A stretch of DNA of 64,000 bases from Obrimoposthia wandeli. Taxonomy: Eukaryota. A model generated the notes under the pieces. That model was not told the DNA's origin, made no database searches, and saw only the letters and a program-made list of their open reading frames with translations. Shown piece after piece: positions 18,318 through 29,158 of the stretch. The stretch is taken from contig CDROCS010002027.1 of assembly GCA_977020255.1 (NCBI GenBank), forward strand, positions 248,001 to 312,000, in the 5' to 3' direction. The translations under genes were made by a program, and so were the position numbers. Within the stretch, counting starts at the first letter, position 1; each line of letters starts with the position of its first letter.

Positions 18318-20909
18318 ATGAACGCAACCGTTAAAAGCCAACATACCCCTATGATGCAACAGTATTTTAAAATTAAAGCTGAGCATCCTGATCAAATCGT
18401 TTTTTACCGTATGGGTGATTTTTATGAGATGTTCTTTGACGACGCTAAACGCGCATCACAGTTATTAGGTATATCCCTCACCGCGCGCGGTAAAGCAGGT
18501 GGCGAACCCATTCCAATGGCTGGGTTTCCCTACCACTCCGCTGAAACGTATATCGGTAAAATAGTACGTGCTGGGGAATCAGTGGTGATTTGCGAGCAAG
18601 TAGGTGATCCTGCCACCAGCAAAGGTCCTGTCGCTCGTGAAGTTGTGCGTATAGTGACGCCTGGTACCTTAAGCGATGAAGCATTTTTAGATGAAAACAG
18701 TGATAACTTGCTCATTGCCATCAACCAATACCAGCAAAATTTTGGCTTAGCGGTCGTTGATATCAGCACCGGCTACTTTAGCCTACAAGAAGTAGCAGGT
18801 AGCGATGCTTTATTAGGAGAGCTTGAACGTTTAAAGCCTAAAGAAGTATTGTTTAATGAAGACAGTGAACTGTCAGGTTTATTACAACACTGCCAAGGGC
18901 TTCGTTCTCAAGCACCTTGGAATTTCGAAGAAGAATCCGCTCGACGCGCACTCTGCCAGCAATTTAACACCCAAGATTTACAAGGCTTTGGCTGTGATAA
19001 AATGTCCTTGGCAATTAGTGCCGGCGGCTGTCTTTTACAATACGCCAAAGATACCCAACGCTCTGCCCTTCCCCATGTGCAACGTATCAAAGTAGAACAG
19101 CGTAGCGATACCGTTATTATTGATGCCGCAACACGTAAAAATTTAGAGCTCGATCAAAACCTTTCTGGTGGCCGTGAAAACACTTTAGTCAGTGTTATTG
19201 ATAATACCAGTACCGCAATGGGCTCACGCATGTTACGCCGTTGGATTAATCAGCCACTGCGCAATTTGAATGTTTTAAATCAACGCCAAGAAGCCACTCA
19301 TTGGCTATTATTTGATTATCGCTTTGAAAAAATCGCCCAAGACTTAAAACAAATAGGCGATGTAGAGCGAATATTATCGCGCGTGGCGCTAAGATCAGCC
19401 AGACCTAGAGATCTAGAGCGTTTAAGAGATAGCCTTAACATATTACCGAGTATTCAAACCCAGCTCGCCTTAGAACCTGCAACCCGCATTGCAAAGCTGG
19501 CAACAGCGATCAGTGAATATCCAACCATGAGTTCCCTATTGCAACTGGCGATTATCGACAATCCACCGGTGGTTGTTCGCGATGGTGGTGTTATTGCAGC
19601 GGGCTTTGATGCTGAGTTAGATGAATTACGTGGTATTAGCGAAAACGCCGGCGCTTACCTGTTAAAACTAGAAGAAAAAGAGCGTGCACGCACTGGTATT
19701 CCCACTTTAAAAGTTGGTTACAATCGCGTACACGGCTACTTTATCGAAATCAGTAAAGCACAAGCGCTATCCACCACTGTACCGACTGAATACGTTAGAC
19801 GCCAAACGCTAAAAAATGCTGAACGCTTTATAACAGAGGAATTAAAAGCATTTGAAGATAAGGCACTTTCAGCCAAGAGCCGTGCACTGTCGCGTGAAAA
19901 AGCTCTCTATGACCAGCTATTAGAGGATATCGCAGCCCAGCTTAATCAATTACAAGATACCGCCGCGGCACTTTCTGAATTAGATACGCTAGCCAACTTT
20001 GCAGAGCGCGCCGATACATTATCATTTAACGCGCCCGTGCTAACTAATGAGCCGGGTATTTCCATTAGCGCAGGGCGTCATCCTGTGGTTGAAAAAGTAT
20101 CAGACAGCCCTTTTATCGCCAACGATTTAGATCTAAATGATCAGCGGCGCATGCTGATTATCACCGGCCCAAATATGGGCGGTAAATCGACTTATATGCG
20201 CCAAGCAGCCCTTATTACCCTCCTTGCTCATATTGGCTCATTTGTACCCGCACAAAGCGCCAACATCGGATTAGTCGATCGTATTTTCACGCGTATGGGC
20301 TCTTCAGATGATTTGGCAGGTGGCCGCTCTACTTTTATGGTGGAAATGACTGAAACGGCAAATATTCTTAACAACGCCACTCAAAGAAGCTTAGTATTAA
20401 TGGACGAAGTTGGCCGTGGCACTAGCACCTTTGATGGCTTATCTCTCGCTTGGGCCTGTGCTGAACATATCGCCAAAAAAGTAAACGCTTTCACTTTATT
20501 TGCTACTCACTATTTCGAGCTAACGGTGTTGCCTGAGCAAATAGCCAAAGTAAAAAATGTGCATTTAACCGCATTAGAGCACAAAGATAACATTGTATTT
20601 ATGCATGAAGTAAAAGAGGGAGCCGCTAACCAAAGCTACGGTTTACAAGTGGCTAAACTTGCTGGCATTCCACTACATGTGATTAGCGATGCACGCGGAA
20701 AATTACAGCAGCTTGAACAAGAATCGACCCAATTAGAAATACAGGGAAGCGTCAGCGCAGGTAACCCAATGCAAAGCGATATGTTTGCACCGCAAACAAG
20801 CGCACCACATGCTGCGGTTATCGCTCTTGCTGATATTAATCCAGATGAGCTAACACCTAGAGAAGCATTAGATGCGCTGTATGCGTTGAAACAGATAAGT
20901 GAAAGTTAG
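18318..20909 (+). CDS. mutS: DNA mismatch repair protein MutS
   Basis: [60 protein letters not shown]. Confidence 0.99.
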   Translation: MNATVKSQHTPMMQQYFKIKAEHPDQIVFYRMGDFYEMFFDDAKRASQLLGISLTARGKAGGEPIPMAGFPYHSAETYIGKIVRAGESVVICEQVGDPATSKGPVAREVVRIVTPGTLSDEAFLDENSDNLLIAINQYQQNFGLAVVDISTGYFSLQEVAGSDALLGELERLKPKEVLFNEDSELSGLLQHCQGLRSQAPWNFEEESARRALCQQFNTQDLQGFGCDKMSLAISAGGCLLQYAKDTQRSALPHVQRIKVEQRSDTVIIDAATRKNLELDQNLSGGRENTLVSVIDNTSTAMGSRMLRRWINQPLRNLNVLNQRQEATHWLLFDYRFEKIAQDLKQIGDVERILSRVALRSARPRDLERLRDSLNILPSIQTQLALEPATRIAKLATAISEYPTMSSLLQLAIIDNPPVVVRDGGVIAAGFDAELDELRGISENAGAYLLKLEEKERARTGIPTLKVGYNRVHGYFIEISKAQALSTTVPTEYVRRQTLKNAERFITEELKAFEDKALSAKSRALSREKALYDQLLEDIAAQLNQLQDTAAALSELDTLANFAERADTLSFNAPVLTNEPGISISAGRHPVVEKVSDSPFIANDLDLNDQRRMLIITGPNMGGKSTYMRQAALITLLAHIGSFVPAQSANIGLVDRIFTRMGSSDDLAGGRSTFMVEMTETANILNNATQRSLVLMDEVGRGTSTFDGLSLAWACAEHIAKKVNAFTLFATHYFELTVLPEQIAKVKNVHLTALEHKDNIVFMHEVKEGAANQSYGLQVAKLAGIPLHVISDARGKLQQLEQESTQLEIQGSVSAGNPMQSDMFAPQTSAPHAAVIALADINPDELTPREALDALYALKQISES

Positions 20910-20996
20910 CGGTTAGCCAAAAACCGATAACTATTACTAAAGGAGAACGCTAGCTATTTTTAATAGTAGCTGGGGTAATTGCTACCTCTTATTCCA

Positions 20997-22466
20997 TCAC
21001 CAATTTTTGGAGCGCTCTATCGCTTTGTTGAAAATTTCCATATAGCTTTTACTGGTTGATAAGGGCTTATATCTAACTCCCTTTCTGCTATTTACGGATT
21101 GAATAACGGTAGGATCTTTTGCTTTTTTTGCCAACATTGCCGTGCCCAAAGCTGTCAACTCTGCACACTTTGGCACACACACTTCACGCTGTAATACATT
21201 GGCTAAAAACTGACAAAAATATGGATTAGCGCTCATTCCACCATCGATAGATATCACTGGGTTAAGCTGAGTAAATTCAGCCATTGCTTGTAATACCTCA
21301 CCAGCGCGCAAAGCAATACCTTCTAGTATGGCTTGCACCATATCAAGCGGGCTAGTATCTAGCGATAACCCAATCCAAAGTCCTGCTGCGCTGCGATCCC
21401 AATGTGGACAAGCAAGGCCCGTTAATGCAGGTACAAAAACTAAATTGCGCTCTATCGCCGGCGGTGCATCAAACTGATTTATTTGTGAAAATTCACTAAA
21501 CAAGCCTAATGATTTTGCCCAATTTAGCGCCGAACTTGCACAGTGTACTCCACCATCTAATGCATAGATTGGCGCCTGTCCTGCAAATTGCCTAGCAACC
21601 GTAGGCAATAAACCTTGTCGCGGTGCTCTAAAAACTTGCTCACCAGTGATGGTCATGGCAAAAGCACCCGTGCCGAAAGTGATTTTAACATCCCCTTTCG
21701 CTTGGCAATGGTGACCAAAGAGCGACGCTTGTTGATCTACTATGCTGGCGGTTATTGGTACTCTTCTGGTTTTGTGTGAGGCAACAGCTTTATCCGATTT
21801 ACTATCTTGTACGCAAATAATATCGACATAGCCAAAGTCGCCCGTTGATGAAGTTATTTTTGGCAACGCTTGTATAGGTACTCCGAATAGCTCGCAAAGC
21901 TGCACATCCCATTGGCCGCTATCTATATTCATTAATGAGGTTCTAGAGGCGGTGGTTATATCACTCACAAAATGGCCGGTAAATCTATCTAAGAAAAAGG
22001 CATCGGTGGTGCCTAAACATAAATTACCTTCTTGTAGTAGCACCTTCGCCGCTGGCACATTTTGCATTATCCACCCCAGTTTTGAAGCGGAAAAATACGA
22101 ATCTAACGGTAACCCTGTTTTATTTTGGACTAATACCTCTAGGCCTTGTTGCTTTAAACTTTCTATTTCTGGCGCAGTGCGATTATCTTGCCAAACGATT
22201 ATAGGACAAATCGCTGCTTTTGTTTGTGCATGCCAAGCAAGGCAGCTTTCACCCTGATTAGCCAGGCCAATCGCGCTAAAATCATAGTCAATATCTAAGC
22301 AGCTACGTAGATTTTTAATCAGTGTTTCAGGATCATGCTCTACCCAACCTGCTTGTGGATAGTATTGTTTGTGCTCAATCGTTTTAACAACTTTAGTTTC
22401 ACCACTAGGCATTAATAGCATCGCTCTGGTGCTTGTGGTTCCTTGATCAATGGCTAAAATTGTCAT
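20997..22466 (-). CDS. FGGY-family kinase, glycerol-kinase-like
   Basis: AIDQGTTSTR, VWQDNRT, DSYFSASK, DQQASLFG, KITFGTGAF, PALTGL-x-x-PHW. Confidence 0.9.
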   Translation of the reverse strand: MTILAIDQGTTSTRAMLLMPSGETKVVKTIEHKQYYPQAGWVEHDPETLIKNLRSCLDIDYDFSAIGLANQGESCLAWHAQTKAAICPIIVWQDNRTAPEIESLKQQGLEVLVQNKTGLPLDSYFSASKLGWIMQNVPAAKVLLQEGNLCLGTTDAFFLDRFTGHFVSDITTASRTSLMNIDSGQWDVQLCELFGVPIQALPKITSSTGDFGYVDIICVQDSKSDKAVASHKTRRVPITASIVDQQASLFGHHCQAKGDVKITFGTGAFAMTITGEQVFRAPRQGLLPTVARQFAGQAPIYALDGGVHCASSALNWAKSLGLFSEFSQINQFDAPPAIERNLVFVPALTGLACPHWDRSAAGLWIGLSLDTSPLDMVQAILEGIALRAGEVLQAMAEFTQLNPVISIDGGMSANPYFCQFLANVLQREVCVPKCAELTALGTAMLAKKAKDPTVIQSVNSRKGVRYKPLSTSKSYMEIFNKAIERSKNW

Positions 22467-23756
22467 TTAAGGTTGTTCCGTAAAATAAATGTCGATCGGA
22501 TCATTATGATTAATTTTTTCGAACACACCACTGCTGGTATTTAAACAACTAAGAGGAATTAAAATGCGTCTTTCAGGCAGAAAGCTCCCATGGCGAGACC
22601 ACAACACCTGCTTGTCCTGACGCACACTTAGCTCTCCAGTCACTGCTTTTTGCACGCGTAACTGGAAGTGCGACTGTGACTTCTCTAGTACAGCAAGATT
22701 AATACGTTGCGGCGTGACGTATTTAATTTGTGGGCTTTTAAGTACTACTGGTAACGATATTAATGACTGTGACATCGATAGTTTTTGCTGACTTGTTAGG
22801 GACAGGCTCTGCTTTATCATAGCCGCTTGCGCGACCCCTTCTCGCCAACACCATCCTGCTGTTTCTACTGGATGAGTAACATTACCGACTGCGAAATATG
22901 AAGGGTCTGAGCATTGACCATATTGATCAATCGCGGGACCTGCTATATTGGGGTCTATGACTAAATGCCCCATACGCATTAAGCTAGATTCAGGGGTAAA
23001 CTGGCCGCTAAAAAGCACCCCATCACATTCTATTTGTTCTATCTCGCCCTGGTTGTTTTGCACTTTTACTGCTGTTACACGCTCTTTACCAATAATCTCG
23101 AGAAGTTTAGTGTTTTTAAGTAAAGGTATACCAAATAGCATAGGTAACAGTGCACTAACAGCATAAGCGCTAACACGTGGATTCATTTCCAACATTGCGA
23201 CAGGTTTAATCGCTGCACTATGACAAGTTAATAATGCTGAAAAAGAAACTAATTCACTTCCCACTATCAGCGGCTTTTTAAAAGGAGCAGAATCTTTTAA
23301 ATAAACCATAGATTGTAGCGCGCCGGTGGTGGTAATACCTAAAGGGCGCGCCCCAGAAATCAAACGTTGGGCACGTGGTGTCTCTCTAACACCGGTACTT
23401 AAAACAACGCGCCTAGCACTAATTTCAGCAATACCCATATTCGTGGTTATCGTGAGCCTACCTTTTTCATGCAGTTTAACAACGCTACAGCCTACAAAAA
23501 TTTTTACTCCGACATCTATTGCCTTTTGCACTAGAGCAGCAGCGTAAGCAGGCCCTAGCAATATTTTCTTAAATTCTTTTAGGCCAAAGGGAGAATGCCC
23601 GCAATGGCGAACAACGCCACCTGCTTGTGGCTCGCGTTCTAATATTATTACTGATTCAATACCAAGCTGTTTCAGATGTGTCGCGGTTGCCAAGCCTGCA
23701 GGACCACCGCCAATGACGATCACATCACTATATTCAGGCACTAGATCATTAAGCAT
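22467..23756 (-). CDS. FAD/NAD(P)-dependent oxidoreductase (pyridine nucleotide-disulphide family)
   Basis: IGGGPAG, EREPQAGG-x-x-RHCGH, TGVRETPR, FAVGN. Confidence 0.85.
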   Translation of the reverse strand: MLNDLVPEYSDVIVIGGGPAGLATATHLKQLGIESVIILEREPQAGGVVRHCGHSPFGLKEFKKILLGPAYAAALVQKAIDVGVKIFVGCSVVKLHEKGRLTITTNMGIAEISARRVVLSTGVRETPRAQRLISGARPLGITTTGALQSMVYLKDSAPFKKPLIVGSELVSFSALLTCHSAAIKPVAMLEMNPRVSAYAVSALLPMLFGIPLLKNTKLLEIIGKERVTAVKVQNNQGEIEQIECDGVLFSGQFTPESSLMRMGHLVIDPNIAGPAIDQYGQCSDPSYFAVGNVTHPVETAGWCWREGVAQAAMIKQSLSLTSQQKLSMSQSLISLPVVLKSPQIKYVTPQRINLAVLEKSQSHFQLRVQKAVTGELSVRQDKQVLWSRHGSFLPERRILIPLSCLNTSSGVFEKINHNDPIDIYFTEQP

Positions 23757-25221
23757 TATCTAGCCCTTGTGTAAGCTCTTCTTTATTTTCTTGTGGTACG
23801 TTCACATTGATAGCATCACTAAAATGTTTGGCAGTCATCTCGCTTAAGTTAGCAGTGCAATAAAATCCTTGGCAACGCCCCATTGTAACTCGTGTCCTGC
23901 GCTTTAATGCATTCAAACTCGCCGCCGCTAATGGCCCTGTTAGTGCTTGTTCAATCTCACGGCGCGTCACTAATTCACAATGACAAATGATGCCGCCGTT
24001 ATCCGGTTTCTGCCAGTCTCTTACGCCTTCTTCCGCAATTTGATTTACTTTAGGCCAGATATAATGCTCAGCCGCTTGATGCTTATTACCCATATCGCTA
24101 TAAAGGTTAAATACGTATTTGGCGATACCTAATGCACCACTCAAACCAGTGGAGCGAATGCCGCCGACACTGATGTAGTTTTGCGCTGCAAAAGCTTGAA
24201 TACAATAATCCTGAAACTGTGTGGCGGGACGTATACCTGCGTAAGTTGCTGTTATAGGGATATTAGCGAGCGCAGGTAAAATCTCTTCGCCTTTTATACG
24301 TAGCTTATGCAGGGATGCTCTATCGACTGAATTATCATCTCTACTTTGCTGCTCGTCAGCCGTGGGCCCGACTAATAAATTACCAAAAATAGTGCGACAA
24401 ACCACAACCCCTTTGGTGACTTTGGTAGGCACGGGTAAAATGATGGTTTTTAAAAACTTACTAGCGGCTTTATCATAGACTAGAAACTGGCCTTTGCGCG
24501 GCTTTATCTCAAACGGTGATGTTTTTATGAGCGCTTCATCTATTTTATCGCCATACAGCCCAGCACAGTTAATCACAGTGTTAGCGGTAAAAGTCCCTTT
24601 ATTGGTAATTAGTTGCCACTGGTTTCCCTCAAATGCCCCCGATAAAACATCAGTATTTCGAGAAACACAAGCCCCGTGTTCTATCGCTTGCAATAGATAG
24701 CTATAGGGCGTAGTCCATGGATCTATTACATGTTCTCCTGCTACGAAAAGGGCCCCAGTATAAGAGTTTGCTAAGTTAGGTTCTTTTGCTGCTATTTGCT
24801 TAGTGCTTAAGCGTTCGATATCAGTGACGCCATTGTTAATAGATTTTTGCATTAAACCGTCAAGTGCGGCTGCCTGCTCATCATTCCAAGCAACTACCAT
24901 TGCACCTGTGCGTAATAGAGGTAAATGTAATTGCTCACGAATTTTCAGAAACTCTTGATAGCCTGCTGTAACACATTGATGTTCAATGCTATTGGCCACT
25001 TCGTCAAAGCCTGTATGCAAAATCGCACTATTCCCTTTACTAGCTCCCTCTAGAATATCTGCTGATTTTTCGACTAACAACACCTTAGCGCCTTGTAATG
25101 CAAATCGACGCGTCATAGCACAACCGACAACACCTGCACCAATGACGATAACATCATAATGCTCGTGACTTAAATCGCTGCTGCTTTGAGTTTGCTGCTG
25201 TGCACTGCTGGCTGTCTTCAT
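23749..25221 (-). CDS. FAD-dependent oxidoreductase (LhgO/GlpA-like) with C-terminal BFD-like [2Fe-2S] domain
   Basis: IGAGVVG, ASKGNSAILH-x-G, PRKGQF, TKGVV, GPTA, AGIRP, GIRSTGLSGA, CHCE...GRCQGFYC. Confidence 0.88.
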   Translation of the reverse strand: MKTASSAQQQTQSSSDLSHEHYDVIVIGAGVVGCAMTRRFALQGAKVLLVEKSADILEGASKGNSAILHTGFDEVANSIEHQCVTAGYQEFLKIREQLHLPLLRTGAMVVAWNDEQAAALDGLMQKSINNGVTDIERLSTKQIAAKEPNLANSYTGALFVAGEHVIDPWTTPYSYLLQAIEHGACVSRNTDVLSGAFEGNQWQLITNKGTFTANTVINCAGLYGDKIDEALIKTSPFEIKPRKGQFLVYDKAASKFLKTIILPVPTKVTKGVVVCRTIFGNLLVGPTADEQQSRDDNSVDRASLHKLRIKGEEILPALANIPITATYAGIRPATQFQDYCIQAFAAQNYISVGGIRSTGLSGALGIAKYVFNLYSDMGNKHQAAEHYIWPKVNQIAEEGVRDWQKPDNGGIICHCELVTRREIEQALTGPLAAASLNALKRRTRVTMGRCQGFYCTANLSEMTAKHFSDAINVNVPQENKEELTQGLDNA

Positions 25222-25366
25222 AATCGCTGTTTTGTTAAAGGTCTGTTTTATTAAAAGTCGGTTTCCTAAAGGAAATGAGGGTAAATATGCATAAAAACTA
25301 AACTGTAATCATGCATATTTAGTGCGAGAACTGCCGAAACCACATGCGTTCCGGCGTTTACTAAGA

Positions 25367-26452
25367 TTAGCGGTATGGATATCCTGCTTTTTCCATAACA
25401 GCAGCATAGTCTTTATAAGCTTGTACTACCTTACCTGCACGTGGGCTTGTTTTACCGATTTCATCCCAAAACACACCAGAATCAGCAATTACTTTTTCCC
25501 ACTCGTTATCTGGAATTGAAGTTAATTCTAACTTCTCTCCTTCTACGCGCAGTTTCGCTTCTCCACCCCAATACCAAACATTTCGATAGTAATGAGATTG
25601 ATCAATAGTCGACATAAACAGCTGTTGTAAATGTGGTGGCACTTTAGCCCAACTTTCTTTGTTAGCAAAATAAGATCCACACCATGCACCTGTGATAGAA
25701 TTGCTTAGTGCATATTTACAGATATCTGCCCAGCCAACTTCATAAGCTTCTGTAAAGCCACACCATGCAACGCCATCTAGCTCGCCTGTTTGTAGTGCAA
25801 CTTCAACATCATCCCAAGGTACTGTTACAGGAATTAAACCGTACTGTGATAAAAACTTACCCGCGGTTGGTACGCCAAATACACGCTTACCTTTCAAGTC
25901 TGCAAGTGAGCGAATAGGTTCTTTCGTGAAGATATGTAATGGATCCCAAGCACCTGCAGATAGCCATTTAACGTTGCGTACTTCGCTATAAGCTTCATCC
26001 CAAATTTCGTTCAAACCGTAATAGGCAAAGAGCGAAGGTATATCAAGACTGAAGCGTGAGCTAAAGGGAAAATAGCCGCCAAATACTGAGATATCAACGG
26101 GGGATGCCATGGTGGCGTCATCTGATTGCACAGCATCTATAGTACCATTTTGCATGGCACGAAATAACTCAGAGGTAGGTACTAACTGATCCGCATAATA
26201 CAACTCAATTTCCATTTCACCGTGCGCTGCTCTATTAAACGCTTCGATTTGCGGCTTGATTACATGCGCACCTAAAGGCGCACCTGAGTAAGTTTGCAAA
26301 CGCCATTTTATCGGTGCCGTTTTTGCAATCGCTGGTGCGCCTATAATGGTACCCGCTACCGCTGCAGCGCCAATGGCTCCACGCTGCATAAATTTACGCC
26401 GATCTGCAAGTATTTTTTCAGAGGGTGAAGTAACCTTTGTATCATCAGTCAT
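25367..26452 (-). CDS. dctP: TRAP transporter substrate-binding protein (Tat signal)
   Basis: DRRKFM Tat motif, KWRLQT, DQLVP...F-x-A-x-Q-x-GTID, DLKG-x-RV, LQTGELDG. Confidence 0.9.
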   Translation of the reverse strand: MTDDTKVTSPSEKILADRRKFMQRGAIGAAAVAGTIIGAPAIAKTAPIKWRLQTYSGAPLGAHVIKPQIEAFNRAAHGEMEIELYYADQLVPTSELFRAMQNGTIDAVQSDDATMASPVDISVFGGYFPFSSRFSLDIPSLFAYYGLNEIWDEAYSEVRNVKWLSAGAWDPLHIFTKEPIRSLADLKGKRVFGVPTAGKFLSQYGLIPVTVPWDDVEVALQTGELDGVAWCGFTEAYEVGWADICKYALSNSITGAWCGSYFANKESWAKVPPHLQQLFMSTIDQSHYYRNVWYWGGEAKLRVEGEKLELTSIPDNEWEKVIADSGVFWDEIGKTSPRAGKVVQAYKDYAAVMEKAGYPYR

Positions 26453-26519
26453 AATTTGTACTCTCTATTATTGTTGGAGATGTGTACGGTCAATGTGACC
26501 AGGATCAATTCGTGCTTAA

Positions 26520-27842
26520 TTAATAGCCACGAAAGGTATGTGGCAGCCAAAGTGCTAGCTGTGGAAAAATCATCACTAGTGCAATCGTCAACGCCATCAT
26601 GGCGACGAAAGGCCAGATCGATCTATAGATATCAGCCAAACCAATTTCTTTGGGAGCCAGTGCTCGCATTAAAAACAGGTTGTAGCCAAAAGGCGGAGTT
26701 ATATAAGCTATCTGACACGTCATGGTATAAAGCACACCAAACCAAACCAGATCAAAGCCGAGAATTTTTACCAATGGTATATATAACGGAGCAACAATTA
26801 CTAGCATCGCTGTATCATCAAGAAACATGCCCATGATAATAAAACTAATTTGCATCATGATGATTACTTGCCAAGGCGTTAACTCCCAGTTAGTAATGAA
26901 CAATGATTCAATTGCACGCACCGCACCTAACCCATCAAATACCGCACCAAAAGCCAGTGCCGCGAGTATTAACCATAGAAACATACAAGAGATGGCTAAG
27001 GTTTTACGCGCTGTTTCGTGGATCATTTTTAGGTTAATTCTGCGTTTGAAAGCAGCGGCTAATGTGGCTGTTGTAGCCCCTACCGCAGCGCTTTCAACTA
27101 AACTGGTAATACCCATAACAAAAAGGCCTGTCATGGTAAAAAAGATGAAGAATGGAATAATACCTGCGCGCAGTAATGCCAATTTTTCAGACATCGGCAT
27201 ATTGAGTTCTTCATCTGAAACGATAGGCGCAAGTGATGGATTAAGCCTGCAACGTATTACCACGTAAGCAATAAACATAGCGGCCATTAATAGCGCAGGA
27301 ATAATGCCAGCTAACCATAATTGACTGACCGGTTGCCTAGCGATCATGCCATATAACACCATAACAACGCTTGGTGGAACCAAGATACCTAAGGAGGAAC
27401 CTCCTTGTACCACGCCCGTGATTAGTACTTTATCGTAGCCTCTGCGCAGCATTTCAGGTAATGCAATAGTTGCACCGATAGCCATACCTGCAACTGATAA
27501 GCCATTCATTGCTGAAATGATAACCATCATGGCAATAGTACCTATCGCCAAACCGCCACGGCGTTTACCAAACCACACATGTAACATACGATATAAATCT
27601 TCAGCGATACCTGATTCAGATAACACATAGCCCATGTAAATAAATAACGGCAAGGTTAACATCGGGAACCAGTTAAAAAGCTTGAACGTTTGGCTGAACG
27701 GCATTTCGACACCGCCCGGCCCATATAGTAATAGTGCTGAGCCTGCTGCTACAAAGCCAATAGCTGCAAATACTCGCTGCCCTGAAACTAATAAAACCAT
27801 CATGGATGAAAACATGAGGATTGCGATCATTTCATAACTCAT
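26520..27842 (-). CDS. dctM: TRAP transporter large permease
   Basis: LPLFIYMG, GGLA, LGILVPPS, ITPPFGYNLF; start at MSYEM overlaps the small-permease stop (ATGA). Confidence 0.92.
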   Translation of the reverse strand: MSYEMIAILMFSSMMVLLVSGQRVFAAIGFVAAGSALLLYGPGGVEMPFSQTFKLFNWFPMLTLPLFIYMGYVLSESGIAEDLYRMLHVWFGKRRGGLAIGTIAMMVIISAMNGLSVAGMAIGATIALPEMLRRGYDKVLITGVVQGGSSLGILVPPSVVMVLYGMIARQPVSQLWLAGIIPALLMAAMFIAYVVIRCRLNPSLAPIVSDEELNMPMSEKLALLRAGIIPFFIFFTMTGLFVMGITSLVESAAVGATTATLAAAFKRRINLKMIHETARKTLAISCMFLWLILAALAFGAVFDGLGAVRAIESLFITNWELTPWQVIIMMQISFIIMGMFLDDTAMLVIVAPLYIPLVKILGFDLVWFGVLYTMTCQIAYITPPFGYNLFLMRALAPKEIGLADIYRSIWPFVAMMALTIALVMIFPQLALWLPHTFRGY

Positions 27843-28351
27843 GTTGTTTTCTTCCCGCGCAGATCTGATATGTGTTTTATTATTTTTGAAATGGTTTGTA
27901 GAATCATTAAGAAGAGACAGCCGACCATCAATATTTTGATAGGAATCATCGAGGGATTCCACATAGAAAAACGTTTTTCATTGGTCTCGATTGCATATTC
28001 TAGACTAGAGATAGAACCGATTAGCATCACAATCAAGTAAAAAAGTAGGCAGCCAATCGTCGCTACATCTATCCAATCTTTGTTGCGTTTAGGCAACTTT
28101 CCGTAAAATAAGTCCATGCGCACATGATCTTCATTTTTAATGGTCATTGCTCCACCCATAAAATAATATGCAGCAAGGGTAAATTGCGCAGCCTCAATAC
28201 CCCAATGCAAAGGGATATTAATAACATTACGGGTGACCGCATCTAGTAATAAAATCGCAACCATAAGAAAAATCAAATACATTGCTACTAAACCGACGTA
28301 GTCGGACATCTTATCTACACTGCGCACATACATGTTCAGGTATTTTTGCAT
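27839..28351 (-). CDS. dctQ: TRAP transporter small permease
   Basis: 4 TM helices, HVRMDLFY motif, adjacent to dctM. Confidence 0.9.
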   Translation of the reverse strand: MQKYLNMYVRSVDKMSDYVGLVAMYLIFLMVAILLLDAVTRNVINIPLHWGIEAAQFTLAAYYFMGGAMTIKNEDHVRMDLFYGKLPKRNKDWIDVATIGCLLFYLIVMLIGSISSLEYAIETNEKRFSMWNPSMIPIKILMVGCLFLMILQTISKIIKHISDLRGKKTT

Positions 28352-28396
28352 TAACTCATTCCTCTATTTTTATATTTTTTCTAAGCTTTTATACGT

Positions 28397-29158
28397 CTAG
28401 TGCAGTTGAATACCTAGTAAATCTAATGCTGATATAAAACTTTGTACTGGTGTTTCGTCACAAACCAGCGCATGTATTTGATCTAGTTTGCACACTCGAT
28501 AAGCGGCTGTTCGATTTAGCTTTGAAGAGTCCGCGACAATAATGACCCTGTTAGCACAATTGATCATCGCCATCGCTATTTGTGCTTCGTCGCAATTTGC
28601 ATCTGTGATGCCTATTTCTACATCAATAGCAGCGGCGCACAAAACAGCATAATCAACTTGAAAACCATTAATTTGCTCAATCGTTATGGGCCCGGTCGTT
28701 TCATTATTATCTTGTGCATACTTCCCACCTAACAAGTACACTGCTGAACCATTATTCGATTTCCCTAACACTTGTGCTATGTGCAACGAATTCGTAATCA
28801 CCGTTAAACGCTCAATTTCTATTAACTGCTGAGCACAAACAAGGGTGGTAGACCCGGTATCTAAGAATATTGTTGAACCAGGTTCGATAATATTCGTTAA
28901 TTTTCGAGCAATTATTTTTTTTGCAGCAACACTATCAAACATACGCTCGCTAAAGCTACTTTCAGTGTACTGCGGGACCTGCTTTGCACCACCGTATATT
29001 TTCCGTAATGCCCCTGTATCCGCTAAGTTACATAGGTCTCGGCGAATTGTTTCATGCGAAACACTAAAGTGACGAGCAAGGTTTTCCACAGTGTCTTGCC
29101 CTTTTTCACCGATAATATCGAGTATTTGTGATTGCCGCTGCTTTGCTTTAAAACCCAT
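28397..29158 (-). CDS. DeoR/GlpR family transcriptional regulator
   Basis: VSHETIRRDL HTH, IFLDTGSTT, VITNSL, LLGG; start moved to MGFKAKQRQ. Confidence 0.93.
   Translation of the reverse strand: MGFKAKQRQSQILDIIGEKGQDTVENLARHFSVSHETIRRDLCNLADTGALRKIYGGAKQVPQYTESSFSERMFDSVAAKKIIARKLTNIIEPGSTIFLDTGSTTLVCAQQLIEIERLTVITNSLHIAQVLGKSNNGSAVYLLGGKYAQDNNETTGPITIEQINGFQVDYAVLCAAAIDVEIGITDANCDEAQIAMAMINCANRVIIVADSSKLNRTAAYRVCKLDQIHALVCDETPVQSFISALDLLGIQLH

Noticed and set aside
27843-27962. 40-aa N-terminal extension of the TRAP large permease in the ORF track
   Set aside because: It overlaps dctQ; the ATGA-coupled start at 27842 fits the family
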